Shown in pieces: positions 50,321 through 60,554 of a stretch of DNA of 64,000 bases (its first letter is position 1; each line of letters opens with the position of its first letter). Origin of the DNA: Oligoflexia bacterium (GTDB taxonomy: Bacteria; Bdellovibrionota; UBA1018); contig CAVWVI010000003.1 of the NCBI GenBank assembly GCA_963758495.1, positions 32,001 to 96,000 of the forward strand. Direction: 5' to 3'. The notes under the pieces are model-generated. The model worked only from the letters and a program-made list of their open reading frames with translations. It did no database searches and was not told the DNA's origin. A program made the position numbers and the translations under genes.

Positions 50321-51847
50321 ATGACTTTTCCCAGAGAGGAACCCCTCGTGAGATACCTCAGATACGTGCCATCTGTAATTTTAAAGGTAAGTAGTCCCCT
50401 CATTCTGATTACTTTCGTCTTAATCAGCTTAAATACTTCTGCCGAAGCCGCCGTACCCAAGCTTAGCTTAGAAGCCTTCCTCTACGAGGTAAAAGATAAA
50501 AACACAGCAGTCAAAGGAGCCATCATACAAACTCAGAGCAGCCAGCTCCGATCTCAAGAAGGACAACTCCTTCTCGCCCCCACCGCTTTTATAAATACAC
50601 AAGTAACCGTCGATGCAAAGATTCCCCAAACTTCCCTAATCAGCTTTGACAACCAGGTTACTAAAACAGTTTCATTCGGACTTAAACAACTTACTTCTTT
50701 TGGATTGCTAGGCAGTCTTCATTATGATCTTTTCTCTCAATACTATAATAACCCGATTTCCTTTGTAAATATCCCTGGTGTGCCAAGCTTAGTTCCAGAT
50801 TCCTATGTGAACGCTTTTCCAGTGCTCGAATTGACCCAAAGCCTGTGGAGCAATGGCATGGGTCGCTCGACAAAAGCAACCCAAGAGCAAATTGAAGCTC
50901 AAGCACTTTCCTCAAGCTATAGCGCGAGTTTTCAGGCTAAATTAGATTTGACACAAGCGGAGACCCATTATTGGCGCCTCGCCGTCGCTAGGCAAACCAT
51001 TACCGTACAATCACAAGCACTCAATCGTGCCAAAAAAATTTACGATTGGAACGTTCATCAAGCTCGGCTTCATTTACGAGATGAATCTGACGTAGTACAA
51101 GCAGAAGCTCTTTTGCAATCACGAGAATTGGATCTTCTATCATCAAAAAATGAAGAAAAATCGGCCGCGCGGGCTTTTAATTCTTCTAGAAATATAAATT
51201 CAGATCAGGTGAATGATCAACTCGTTGAAATTGACCCAAAATTCATCGACCAAATTCAGGTTCCTGAAAAAGCACCTTTCAGAGACGATGTAAAAGCCGC
51301 TCAACAAACTGCTCGAGCCAGCATCGCAAATTCAAAAATAGCTCTCGAAAGAGATCTTCCTACTTTCGAAGTTTTCGCCTCAGTGGCACTCAATGGACAA
51401 CAAGGATACACCACTTTCACTCAACTATCCGATGCCATTGGACCTTCCTTCTCTCTCAATCGCCCCACTGAAACGATTGGTATCCGTTTCACCGCTCCCC
51501 TCGATTTTAGCACTACTAGAAATAGTCGCGCAGGTTGGGAACAGGAAAGTATCGCAGCAGAGCTCAATTATGATCGAAAAGTATTTGAACAGGAACAAAG
51601 CTGGAAAGATCTAAATCAAACTCTCCAGGAATCCAAGCAACAGCTTAAGCTCTCCCAAAAGTTGGAGTCCATTCAGGAAAAGAAGTTAAATATTGAAAGA
51701 GATCGCCTGACGCGAGGCCGCACTACTACTTATCAAGTACTCTTATTTGAGCAAGATTACCTACTCGCCCAATTGGTGCGCATTCGTAATCAAGCCACTA
51801 TATTGAACATTATCCCGCAGATGAAACTCTTTGGAGAATCTCTATGA
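50321..51847 (+). CDS. TolC-family outer-membrane efflux protein
   Basis: Signal peptide, YWRL and GRTTTYQVL helical repeats; coupled to an RND gene. Confidence 0.8.
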   Translation: MTFPREEPLVRYLRYVPSVILKVSSPLILITFVLISLNTSAEAAVPKLSLEAFLYEVKDKNTAVKGAIIQTQSSQLRSQEGQLLLAPTAFINTQVTVDAKIPQTSLISFDNQVTKTVSFGLKQLTSFGLLGSLHYDLFSQYYNNPISFVNIPGVPSLVPDSYVNAFPVLELTQSLWSNGMGRSTKATQEQIEAQALSSSYSASFQAKLDLTQAETHYWRLAVARQTITVQSQALNRAKKIYDWNVHQARLHLRDESDVVQAEALLQSRELDLLSSKNEEKSAARAFNSSRNINSDQVNDQLVEIDPKFIDQIQVPEKAPFRDDVKAAQQTARASIANSKIALERDLPTFEVFASVALNGQQGYTTFTQLSDAIGPSFSLNRPTETIGIRFTAPLDFSTTRNSRAGWEQESIAAELNYDRKVFEQEQSWKDLNQTLQESKQQLKLSQKLESIQEKKLNIERDRLTRGRTTTYQVLLFEQDYLLAQLVRIRNQATILNIIPQMKLFGESL

Positions 51848-54800
51848 GTCTAGCCGACGTATCTATTAAGAGACCTATCTTTATTACTTGCATCGTTATC
51901 GTCATGTTGGCGGTAGGGATACTCGCCATGCAAAATATGGGTGTAGATTTATTTCCAGATGTTACTTTTCCGGTAGTGACGATCACGACCCCCTATCCCG
52001 GTGCAGGCCCATCTGAAATTGAGACTCTCGTTTCAAAACCTTTAGAAGACGAAATCAGCACCCTTGCTGGAATTAAGAGACTCACCTCTGTGAACTCAGA
52101 AGGCTTTAGTCGAGTCATTGCAGAATTTACTTTAGAAACTGACATTAAATATGCGGAACAACAAATTCGAGATCGAGTCGGAGCTACAAAATCTAAACTT
52201 CCTCTTGATACTAAAGAGCCTGTCATACGAAGAATCGATCCTTCCGATCAACCCGTCCTTCAACTTTCGCTCAATGCAGATCTTCCTGACAGTCAGCTTT
52301 ATGATGTGGCCGATGACATCATCCGTCCCAAGCTCGAACAAGTCAGTCAAGTCGGTGTTGTAGATATCGTCGGTGGAAAAAAACGTGAGATCCATGTAGC
52401 GCTAGATCGATCCAAACTCAAAGCCCGAGAACTCTCGGTGACCTCTATCGTCAATCAACTGAACGCAACAGGTGAAAACGTCCCCAGTGGAAAGGTCGAT
52501 CAAGGAAATAAAGAAACGGTATTTAGAACTTTAGGTGAGTTTAAATCTCTAGAGGAAATCGGCCATACGGTAGTCAACTTTTTCGGAAGTGACGTACCCA
52601 TCACATTGAACCAAGTAGGTCATGTCATTGATACTGTCGAAGACGAGACGTCTAGAGCCTATGTGAACGGTAAAAAGGCTCTGCTTTTGAACGTTTATCG
52701 ACAAACTGGAGCCAACACGATTGCAGTGGTTGATGCTCTAAAAAAACGCATGGGTAATCTGAATAACGAACTCCAACGGCAAGTGGGTCAGCCTAAACTC
52801 ACGATTGTCCGAGATGGAAGCACTTGGATTCGTGTGAATGTGGATGACGTTAAAGAATCCATATTAATGGGTATTTTTCTCGCGGTAGTCGTTGTGTTTT
52901 TTTTCTTGGGGAGTGGCCGCTCCACCCTGATTACCGGGCTCGCACTTCCGAACTCTTTGATTGGCGCTTTCATTCTTATGGCAGCGTGCGGATTTACGAT
53001 CAACATTATGACACTTTTGGCATTAAGCCTTTCTGTCGGATTACTCATTGATGATGCGATTGTCGTTCGAGAAAATATTTTCAGGCACATTGAATTGGGA
53101 GAGACGCCTTTTCAAGCAGCTAAAAAAGGGACTGCGGAAGTCCAGCTTGCAGTAATAGCAACCACCCTCACCGTAATCGCCGTCTTTGCTCCGATAGGAT
53201 TTCTCAAAGGAGTCACTGGACAATTTTTTCGCCAATTTGGTTTGACCATTTGTTTTGCAATGGCCATTAGCCTTTTTGATGCTCTCACCATAGCACCCAT
53301 GCTCTCAGCATATTTTGCAGGAGCTACTCATACTGCAGCAAATACATCGACACTGTGGGGCAAAACAGTAGGAAGACTCCTTCGGGGATTTGACTCTTTC
53401 CAAACTTGGCTCGAAAATAAATACGAGAGTATCATTCGTTTTACGTTACGACGCCCACTGTTCGTCTTAGGCACAAGTTTCTTGATTTTTCTAGGGAGCT
53501 GCTCCGTCGTACGCTTTGTTCCCAAAACGTTTATCCCCCCCCAGGATGCCGGAGAGTTTTCATTAGGATTAGACCTTCCCCCAGGAACTAACTTAGAACG
53601 TATGAATCAAGTTGCAGCGAAAGTAGATGCCGTTCTTCGGGCTAATAAAGAAGTGGCCCTGTCAGCCATGTCGATTGGAAGCCAAGATGGAAAAACAGAA
53701 GTCGCTGACTTCTACGTGAGACTAGTTCCTACACATGAACGAACTTTAAACACCATTCAATTTAAAGAGAAGCTCCGAAATCAGCTTAAAGACTTTGCCT
53801 ATGCAAACCCCCAAGTTAAAGACTACGACGCAGTGGGAGGAGGACAACGCCCATTCAATGTAAATCTGATTGGACTTGACCAAAAAGAACTCGAACGCGT
53901 AGCCACTGAAGCCTTCGCCATTATCAAAAAACATCCTGGCTTAAAGGATGTTGATATGAATTTTCGCCCAGGTAAGCCTGAATTTCAAGTCAAGCTCGAT
54001 CCTGTAAAATCAAAAGCATTAGGAATTTCTACCCCATCACTGGGACAAGAGTTACGTGCTCAAATTGAGGGAATCACGCCTGCAAAGTTTAGAGTCTTAG
54101 GACGAGAATACGACATTCGGGTCAGACTCCAAGATGATCAAAGAAATTTGAGAGACTCTTTTAATAAAACTTATGTTCCCAATATCAACAAAAACTTAGT
54201 TAAACTTGCAGATGTTGCCACGCCCAACGAAACAGATGGCCCTGCAACCATTAATCGACAAGACCGAGGACGTCTCATTACGATTTCGGGTGATATCGCG
54301 CCTGGAGCGGGTCTAGGAGAAATTTTAAATGATGTAACCCAGATTCTTGAAAACCAAGTCAAACTTCCTTTAGGAATGCGCTACGTCTTTGTGGGGCAAG
54401 CAGAGAACTTTCAGGAGCTTGGACAAAGCATGGCATTAGCTATGGGGTTTGGAATTCTTTTTATCTTCTTGGTTCTTGCCAGTCTTTATGAATCATTTGT
54501 GACTCCTTTTACCATTATGCTGGCACTCCCCTTAGCTATCTGTGGTTCACTCGTCGCACTCTTTATTACGCATCAATCACTGAATATCTTTTCCATGATT
54601 GGAGTAATTATGCTTTTAGGTGTGGCAACTAAAAACTCTATCCTGCTAGTTGACTATGCCCATCAACTCATTAACCAAGGCCTGACTCGATCTGAAGCTC
54701 TTGTTAAAGCTGGAAAAACGCGTCTCAGACCTATTCTGATGACAACCATGGCATTGATTGCCGGAACAACGCCTGTTGCTCTAGGACTCAACGAAGCTTC

Positions 54801-55041
54801 ACGCCAACGCACCAGTATGGGCGTCGCGATCATTGGAGGATTGATCAGCTCGACACTGCTCACCCTGATTGTGGTCCCCGCAGCATTTTCATACATAGAC
54901 CGCTTCAGGATTTGGAGCCAATCTACTTTAAAGAAACTCACGTCGGCGGCACCCCACTCGGATGAAAAAACCGCTACTGGCGTAATTGAGAACGGTCACA
55001 ATGAACAGAATGCCCCGCAGCCCGCACTGGATCGTACTTAG
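51844..55041 (+). CDS. RND (AcrB-family) efflux transporter
   Basis: IKRP, VDLFPDV, GLLIDDAIVVREN, KNSILLVD, RLRPILMT. Confidence 0.95.
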   Translation: MSLADVSIKRPIFITCIVIVMLAVGILAMQNMGVDLFPDVTFPVVTITTPYPGAGPSEIETLVSKPLEDEISTLAGIKRLTSVNSEGFSRVIAEFTLETDIKYAEQQIRDRVGATKSKLPLDTKEPVIRRIDPSDQPVLQLSLNADLPDSQLYDVADDIIRPKLEQVSQVGVVDIVGGKKREIHVALDRSKLKARELSVTSIVNQLNATGENVPSGKVDQGNKETVFRTLGEFKSLEEIGHTVVNFFGSDVPITLNQVGHVIDTVEDETSRAYVNGKKALLLNVYRQTGANTIAVVDALKKRMGNLNNELQRQVGQPKLTIVRDGSTWIRVNVDDVKESILMGIFLAVVVVFFFLGSGRSTLITGLALPNSLIGAFILMAACGFTINIMTLLALSLSVGLLIDDAIVVRENIFRHIELGETPFQAAKKGTAEVQLAVIATTLTVIAVFAPIGFLKGVTGQFFRQFGLTICFAMAISLFDALTIAPMLSAYFAGATHTAANTSTLWGKTVGRLLRGFDSFQTWLENKYESIIRFTLRRPLFVLGTSFLIFLGSCSVVRFVPKTFIPPQDAGEFSLGLDLPPGTNLERMNQVAAKVDAVLRANKEVALSAMSIGSQDGKTEVADFYVRLVPTHERTLNTIQFKEKLRNQLKDFAYANPQVKDYDAVGGGQRPFNVNLIGLDQKELERVATEAFAIIKKHPGLKDVDMNFRPGKPEFQVKLDPVKSKALGISTPSLGQELRAQIEGITPAKFRVLGREYDIRVRLQDDQRNLRDSFNKTYVPNINKNLVKLADVATPNETDGPATINRQDRGRLITISGDIAPGAGLGEILNDVTQILENQVKLPLGMRYVFVGQAENFQELGQSMALAMGFGILFIFLVLASLYESFVTPFTIMLALPLAICGSLVALFITHQSLNIFSMIGVIMLLGVATKNSILLVDYAHQLINQGLTRSEALVKAGKTRLRPILMTTMALIAGTTPVALGLNEASRQRTSMGVAIIGGLISSTLLTLIVVPAAFSYIDRFRIWSQSTLKKLTSAAPHSDEKTATGVIENGHNEQNAPQPALDRT

Positions 55042-55792
55042 CTTTCGCTTCAGGCATGTTCTCTTGTAAGGCCAAGATTCGATTTTCACTGGCAGGGTGG
55101 TCAGAAAGCCACTGTGGAGGCGTATTTCCTCTAGAGGCGGCAATCATATTTTTCCAAAGCTCAACACTTTGGCGAGGATCAAAACCGGAACGGGCCATAA
55201 GATCCAAACCTACTAAATCCGCTTCAGTTTCTTGTGTCCTACTAAAGGGCAAAGTAATGCCGACTTGCGTCCCAAGTCCTAATAGACTCATCAATGCATC
55301 CCTATGGGGATTTGATGCAGTAATCACTCCCAGAGCAGCCAAACCCAACTCGGTCCCAGCTTGCTGTGACACCCGCTCATCTCCATGTTTAGAAATGACA
55401 TGGCCAATCTCATGAGCAAGAATGGTAGCTACTTGAGCATCTGTTTTGGCAACTTTTAAAATACCTGAATAAACTCCAATTTTACCACCTGGTAACGCAA
55501 AGGCATTCGCTTCATCATTTTTAAATATAACTACATCCCACTTCCTAACAGAGGTCTGAGATTTTGCAGCCTCTGTCAGGGGCTTTACAATACATTGGAT
55601 ATAACTCATGAGAGCAGGATCCGAGTCTATGGGTTGAGAAGCCTTGATTTGCTGAAAGGCTTGCACTCCCATGGCATCCATCTGACTCTCAGGAACAAGA
55701 AGGAGTTGCTTACGCCCTAATGGAGAAGTCGCACAAGCCAAGGTAAAAAGGATCGGTAATATAGAAAAGAAACCGCTCCAACGCAGCATCAA
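54974..55792 (-). CDS. M48 metallopeptidase lipoprotein
   Basis: Lipobox TLAC, NAFALPGG, HEIGH, FSRTQETEAD, SDHP. Confidence 0.92.
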   Translation of the reverse strand: MMLRWSGFFSILPILFTLACATSPLGRKQLLLVPESQMDAMGVQAFQQIKASQPIDSDPALMSYIQCIVKPLTEAAKSQTSVRKWDVVIFKNDEANAFALPGGKIGVYSGILKVAKTDAQVATILAHEIGHVISKHGDERVSQQAGTELGLAALGVITASNPHRDALMSLLGLGTQVGITLPFSRTQETEADLVGLDLMARSGFDPRQSVELWKNMIAASRGNTPPQWLSDHPASENRILALQENMPEAKAKYDPVRAAGHSVHCDRSQLRQ

Positions 55793-55807
55793 TACCCCTC
55801 TTCTTGA

Positions 55808-56374
55808 TTAAATAGCCACGACTTCTTGAATTTCTGGAATAGCTTGACGCAATCGAGTTTCAATTCCCATTTTCAGCGTCGCAGTGGAACTTGGACAACC
55901 ACTACAAGCACCTTGAAGATAGAGATACACGGTGCCGTCTTCATATTTTTCAAAAGTAATATCGCCGCCATCCATCGCTACTGCTGGGCGAATTTCATTA
56001 TCTAAAATTTCCCGAATTTTATTCTCAATTTCAGTTTGCCCGCCCTTATGGGCCTCTCGGGGTTCCAAGTCATTCAAAATCGGTTCATTGAGAGTAAGAT
56101 GTTGTTCAATAATTTGAGATGAACTTTTATGAACCACATCCCAATCGCCCTCTTCTGTTTTTGTGACAGTGACAAAATTCTTACCTAGCATCACTCCAGA
56201 AATTCCAGGAACAGCAAACAGCTTTGCCGCCAAAGGAGAGCGACTCTCTGCATCTTCTTTTTTTACAAAATTAGCAGCGCCCTTTTCCAAAAGCTGGCGA
56301 TTCACTGAATACTTGAGGGTATTAGGATTGGGCGTAAACTCTAAAGAAACATAAACATTTGATTCAGTGGACAT
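55808..56374 (-). CDS. NifU/Nfu-family Fe-S scaffold
   Basis: TPNPNTLK N-domain; RPAVAMDGGD and GACSGCPSS. Confidence 0.92.
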   Translation of the reverse strand: MSTESNVYVSLEFTPNPNTLKYSVNRQLLEKGAANFVKKEDAESRSPLAAKLFAVPGISGVMLGKNFVTVTKTEEGDWDVVHKSSSQIIEQHLTLNEPILNDLEPREAHKGGQTEIENKIREILDNEIRPAVAMDGGDITFEKYEDGTVYLYLQGACSGCPSSTATLKMGIETRLRQAIPEIQEVVAI

Positions 56375-56468
56375 ATAAAACCTCACATGATTATTTTATC
56401 TAATTTTTCGTTCTTATAACACACCGAAATTTCTACGAAAATAGAATAAAATAGGTATTATAGATAAC

Positions 56469-57170
56469 ATGAGACCGACCTTACTAGACTATTGTTTTCA
56501 TTTACCAATTCTATCTATCCAAATTTTTGTTTTTTACGCTTTTTTCTTTATACAGGGTGCAATTGCCGCTCCCACTCCTCTTTCGCAAGTCGAATTTGAC
56601 CGCCTCGAAGAAAGCACAGTCTACCTTAAAAGACCGGCTGGCAGCACCCTCCCTCCCTCATTCAAAACAGACCTTTTCGATGTGAGTTACGTGGGTACCT
56701 TGCACCCCTCCGATGGCACCCTTCCTTATATTTTTCTAAGCGGAAAGCATTGCCAAAACTGCTCTGAGGATCGTGGCATTTTTGCAGTCCGTCCTCTTCA
56801 AAACAAGCCGACTTCCTTTATCTATCCTGGAAAAATATTTGACTATCAAAAACGTAATTTAGTTTTTGAATCGAGAGCTTTTTTAGGAAAATGCGTCCCG
56901 CATAAAGGAGACGTTTTTATTGTATTTCAAAGTGAGCAGGTGGATCGCCACGGCATGCAACCCAGCGTATTTATCGCTGAAGCTGCAAAATATTTTTTAG
57001 ACGAAACATTGTTTGAAGGACACTTTTCCTCAAAAAGGAAACGAAATTGGGTTTCAGTCAAGGGACCTGTCCCTTCCATCTCGACAACACTTGCCCTCGT
57101 GAAGAAAAAATCTTGTATTGAAATCGAAGGGCGTAATCGATTCACACCCAAAGTAACCGCACAACCATGA
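56469..57170 (+). CDS. secreted hypothetical protein
   Basis: Signal-like N-terminus, CQNC; no family recognised. Confidence 0.55.
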   Translation: MRPTLLDYCFHLPILSIQIFVFYAFFFIQGAIAAPTPLSQVEFDRLEESTVYLKRPAGSTLPPSFKTDLFDVSYVGTLHPSDGTLPYIFLSGKHCQNCSEDRGIFAVRPLQNKPTSFIYPGKIFDYQKRNLVFESRAFLGKCVPHKGDVFIVFQSEQVDRHGMQPSVFIAEAAKYFLDETLFEGHFSSKRKRNWVSVKGPVPSISTTLALVKKKSCIEIEGRNRFTPKVTAQP

Positions 57171-57240
57171 GTGACCCTCGGCGTATTGCAAATTTCGGGT
57201 AACAAGACATACTCTTTTCTCTTGAAGGAGAGTTTACCCT

Positions 57241-57732
57241 ATGCAGACTCCAACGATGTTCATTTCTACTGACGCGATTGATGATCATGGTGAATTTGAC
57301 CCAAGATACACTTGTGACATCGATAACTCATCTCCAGAACTTCGCTGGGGCAATGTCCCACCGGGAACAGTCGGTTTTGCTCTGATTGCTGAAGACCCCG
57401 ATTCTTCTCACGGATTATTTACTCATTGGATGATTTATAATATTCCTTCCAATGTCCATCATTTACCTGCAGGCATTCCTCCACAAGAATCGCTTCCCAA
57501 CGGAATACGGCAAGGCATCAATAGTTTTGGAAAATTAGGATATTCGGGACCTTGCCCACCTCCAGGAGACTCTGCGCATCGTTATTTCTTCAGACTCTTC
57601 GCACTGACCCAACTTCCAGAACTCCCTCAGCGTGTCCAACGAGAACAACTCCTCCATGCACTAGAACCCTTTGTTTTGGCACGTGCAGATATTATGGGGC
57701 ACTATCGTAGAACCATCCAAAGAGCAGGATAA
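57241..57732 (+). CDS. YbhB/YbcL (PEBP) family protein
   Basis: YTCD..N.SP.L.W, DPD, FTHW, GYSGPCPP, HRY. Confidence 0.92.
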   Translation: MQTPTMFISTDAIDDHGEFDPRYTCDIDNSSPELRWGNVPPGTVGFALIAEDPDSSHGLFTHWMIYNIPSNVHHLPAGIPPQESLPNGIRQGINSFGKLGYSGPCPPPGDSAHRYFFRLFALTQLPELPQRVQREQLLHALEPFVLARADIMGHYRRTIQRAG

Positions 57733-57734
57733 AG

Positions 57735-57750
57735 TGGCATTTCAATTGCA
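57735..57750 (+). promoter_or_regulatory. sigma-54 promoter
   Basis: TGGCAT-TTCAA-TTGCA, upstream of AGGAG RBS and ATG 57792. Confidence 0.72.
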
Positions 57751-57791
57751 TTTAGTCTCCGCAACGAAAGACTTTCACAAAGGAGACCTCC

Positions 57792-58217
57792 ATGAAAAAA
57801 CTGATCGCTTTCACATCGATTGGCTTAAGTATTGGATTCGCAATCGCACTTGCAAACGCTGAAGACAATTCAATGCCGAAAGATAACACTTCCGATACCT
57901 CATCATCCATGTCTACCTCTACTCAACAGCCTGGGACAGTAGATACGACCTCAAGTGATACGAGTAGTAATACCCCAAGTTCAAATGACTCATCGATGAA
58001 ATCAACTACCACCACCTCTCAATCGACTGATGTAAAATCATCAAAAACTTGCACAGACGAAAGCGGAGTGACTCACCGCCGTGGTCAAAAAGGTTTCAAG
58101 CAGTGTATGCAGAGCATGAACAAAAGCAAACATGACCCAAGTCAAATGGGTGGATCTACTCCACCCAGTTCGGATACCACTGGATCTAAAGATACGTCTG
58201 AAAGTGGTTCATCATAA
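57792..58217 (+). CDS. secreted Ser/Thr-rich low-complexity protein
   Basis: Signal peptide (ANA), S/T/D tracts around a small two-Cys core. Confidence 0.8.
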   Translation: MKKLIAFTSIGLSIGFAIALANAEDNSMPKDNTSDTSSSMSTSTQQPGTVDTTSSDTSSNTPSSNDSSMKSTTTTSQSTDVKSSKTCTDESGVTHRRGQKGFKQCMQSMNKSKHDPSQMGGSTPPSSDTTGSKDTSESGSS

Positions 58218-58246
58218 ATAACAGACTGTGTGAGTACGGGACAACC

Positions 58247-58290
58247 GAGGCCGACGCATAGCAAAGATTCGTCGGCCTCCTTCTTTTATT
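58247..58290 (+). terminator. rho-independent terminator
   Basis: GAGGCCGACG/CGTCGGCCTC stem followed by a T-rich tract. Confidence 0.72.
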
Positions 58291-58325
58291 TTTCTGATCG
58301 CCCACAATTATGTTATCCAAAATGC

Positions 58326-59645
58326 ATGGCCAAGATCAAAAATATTAAAGCAAGAGAACTTTTAGATTCACGGGGATTTCCCACAGTTGAAGTAGAACTA
58401 GAAATGGATGATGCTCGTCATTCGGGCCAAACAGTGGTGGGTCGATCCATGGTTCCTTCAGGTGCTTCAACAGGAGAAGGTGAAGCTCTAGAATTACGGG
58501 ACGGAGATATCACACGCTACCAGGGCAAAGGTGTTCTTAAAGCAGTTCAAAATATTCGGGAAAAAATAGCACCTGCTCTCCTAGGAAGAGACTTTCCCTT
58601 ACAGTCCTTACTTGATGACACACTTCGTGATTTGGATGGCACACCCAATAAATCTAAACTGGGTGCAAATGCAATTTTAGGCGTAAGCATGGCGTTTACT
58701 CGTGCTGAATCTTTGTCTCAGCATATTTCTACTGATCAACTCATCGCCTCAATATTTGGAAGCACAGGTACTGTTCTTCCGGTTCCTTTAATGAATATTT
58801 TAAACGGCGGGAAACATGCGGACAATGACCTTGCTATTCAAGAATTCATGATTGTTCCAGTGGGTTTTAATCGGTTCTCCGAAGCGCTCCGAGCTGGAAC
58901 AGAAGTTTTCCATCGTCTCAAAAAAATTCTGTCTCATCAGGGATTATCAACTGGAGTAGGAGATGAAGGCGGCTTTGCTCCCCACTTCAAGGGTGAAAAG
59001 GTTCATGAACAGGCACTTTTGGCGATCTTGCAGGCCATCTCTGACGCAGGTTATAAACCTGGCACAGATATCCTTTTAGCCATTGATGCTGCCGCAAGTG
59101 AATTTGCAGATGGTCAAAACAGTTATAAATTTGAAAATAAGCGAATTTCATCAGAAGAAATGACATCGATCTATGCACAATGGGTTAAAGATTTTTCAGT
59201 CATCTCAATCGAAGACGGATTAGCAGAACACGATTGGCAGGGATGGAAACAGTTGACGCAAACTCTCGGCAATCAATGCCAACTCGTTGGAGATGATATT
59301 TTTGTAACCAACCCCATTTTTTTGAAACAAGGCATCGATAAGCACGTTGCAAATGCTATTTTAATCAAGTTAAATCAAATAGGGACCGTAACTGAGACTC
59401 TGGAAACTATGAAACTTGCAAAACAGACAGGATACAATTCTATCATTTCTCATCGAAGTGGAGAGACGGAAGACACCTTTATAGCAGACTTAGCGGTAGG
59501 TACTGATTGTGGTCAGATTAAAACAGGATCAGCGTCTCGCACAGATCGAATAGCAAAATACAATCAACTTCTACGACTCGAAGAAAAGTTGGGCGAGAAT
59601 GCAAAATTTAGTGGCATGAAGATATTTCGGAGATTTCTGGAGTGA
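58326..59645 (+). CDS. eno: enolase
   Basis: DSRGFPTVE, PSGASTG, GDEGG, QLVGDD, SHRSGETED, GQIKTG; start MAKIK. Confidence 0.98.
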   Translation: MAKIKNIKARELLDSRGFPTVEVELEMDDARHSGQTVVGRSMVPSGASTGEGEALELRDGDITRYQGKGVLKAVQNIREKIAPALLGRDFPLQSLLDDTLRDLDGTPNKSKLGANAILGVSMAFTRAESLSQHISTDQLIASIFGSTGTVLPVPLMNILNGGKHADNDLAIQEFMIVPVGFNRFSEALRAGTEVFHRLKKILSHQGLSTGVGDEGGFAPHFKGEKVHEQALLAILQAISDAGYKPGTDILLAIDAAASEFADGQNSYKFENKRISSEEMTSIYAQWVKDFSVISIEDGLAEHDWQGWKQLTQTLGNQCQLVGDDIFVTNPIFLKQGIDKHVANAILIKLNQIGTVTETLETMKLAKQTGYNSIISHRSGETEDTFIADLAVGTDCGQIKTGSASRTDRIAKYNQLLRLEEKLGENAKFSGMKIFRRFLE

Positions 59646-59962
59646 TCGTAAACTTCTTTGAACTGATATCCATTCATCGAAAATGGATGCTGCTCTTTGG
59701 TTTTTGGTTAGTATTCTTGTCCGGTGCTCTTGCAAATTTCGTTGGATCACCGGGCGTTTTGCAACTCATGAGATTAAGGAATCTTCAATCTCTCAAAGAA
59801 GAGCAACTTTCGCATCTCCAAGACGAAGTCAAAACTCTTCAAAACCAATCCTTGCTTCTCTTAAATAGCCATATCGCACAAGAACAAGAGATTCGCCACG
59901 TCCTAGGGTACGCTGCAAGCGACGAAATTATTTTTGATTTTACACCTAGCAACCAATTCTGA
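59642..59962 (+). CDS. septum formation initiator (FtsB/DivIC-like)
   Basis: TM plus coiled coil plus R..LGY...E; usual position after eno. Confidence 0.72.
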   Translation: MIVNFFELISIHRKWMLLFGFWLVFLSGALANFVGSPGVLQLMRLRNLQSLKEEQLSHLQDEVKTLQNQSLLLLNSHIAQEQEIRHVLGYAASDEIIFDFTPSNQF

Positions 59963-59970
59963 TTTTTTAA

Positions 59971-60037
59971 TAAGTAGTCCCCCTTTAGGGCTAAAGATTT
60001 GGATTGCCGGCGCAACAGGACTCCTTAAAGTGCTTAC
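59971..60037. repeat. internally deleted long-form copy of GTAAG repeat
   Basis: TAAGTAGTCCCCCTTTAGGGC joined directly to TAAAGATTTGG...CAGGACTCCTTAAAGTGCTTAC. Confidence 0.85.
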
Positions 60038-60162
60038 TTTTTTTATTGCCTGCTGCTTTGACACTTCTCATATTTGCAGTCAGAATCATCTAAACAGATG
60101 AACAATCTCGTCGTCAATTCAACTTCACATCCCACTCAAATTCAATTGGAGGACTTTTCTGA

Positions 60163-60366
60163 ATGTCGCTTGGCAAAGTAAAATGGTTCAATGACTCAAA
60201 AGGATTTGGGATTATCGAACGCAAAGAAGGTGGTGAAATTTTTGTTCATTGGAGCGGAATTCGGCTGGAAGGTTATAAAACCCTCGCTCCCGGACAAGAA
60301 GTAGAATTCGATATCTATGAAGGACAAAAAGGACCTGAGGCTCAGAATGTAACTCAGCTCGATTGA
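60163..60366 (+). CDS. cold-shock protein
   Basis: [29 protein letters not shown]. Confidence 0.96.
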   Translation: MSLGKVKWFNDSKGFGIIERKEGGEIFVHWSGIRLEGYKTLAPGQEVEFDIYEGQKGPEAQNVTQLD

Positions 60367-60414
60367 GTCAGCCTGAGTTAGGTTGATACAGAGGTCCTTG
60401 TGAAAGTATTAGAG

Positions 60415-60517
60415 CTAAGCAGTTTTCCTTTAGGGTTGTTAACAAGCACTGTAAGGAGTCCTGTTACGCCGTAAAGATTTGGGTTCCCGGCGCAACAGGA
60501 CTCCTTACAGTGCTTCC
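60415..60517. repeat. long-form copy of GTAAG repeat
   Basis: AAGCACTGTAAGGAGTCCTGTT...AACAGGACTCCTTACAGTGCTT hairpin; colinear with the reverse complement of 25141-25241. Confidence 0.9.
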
Positions 60518-60554
60518 CTATGAATTGACTTCACAAGGACCCTTTTAAAATCAC

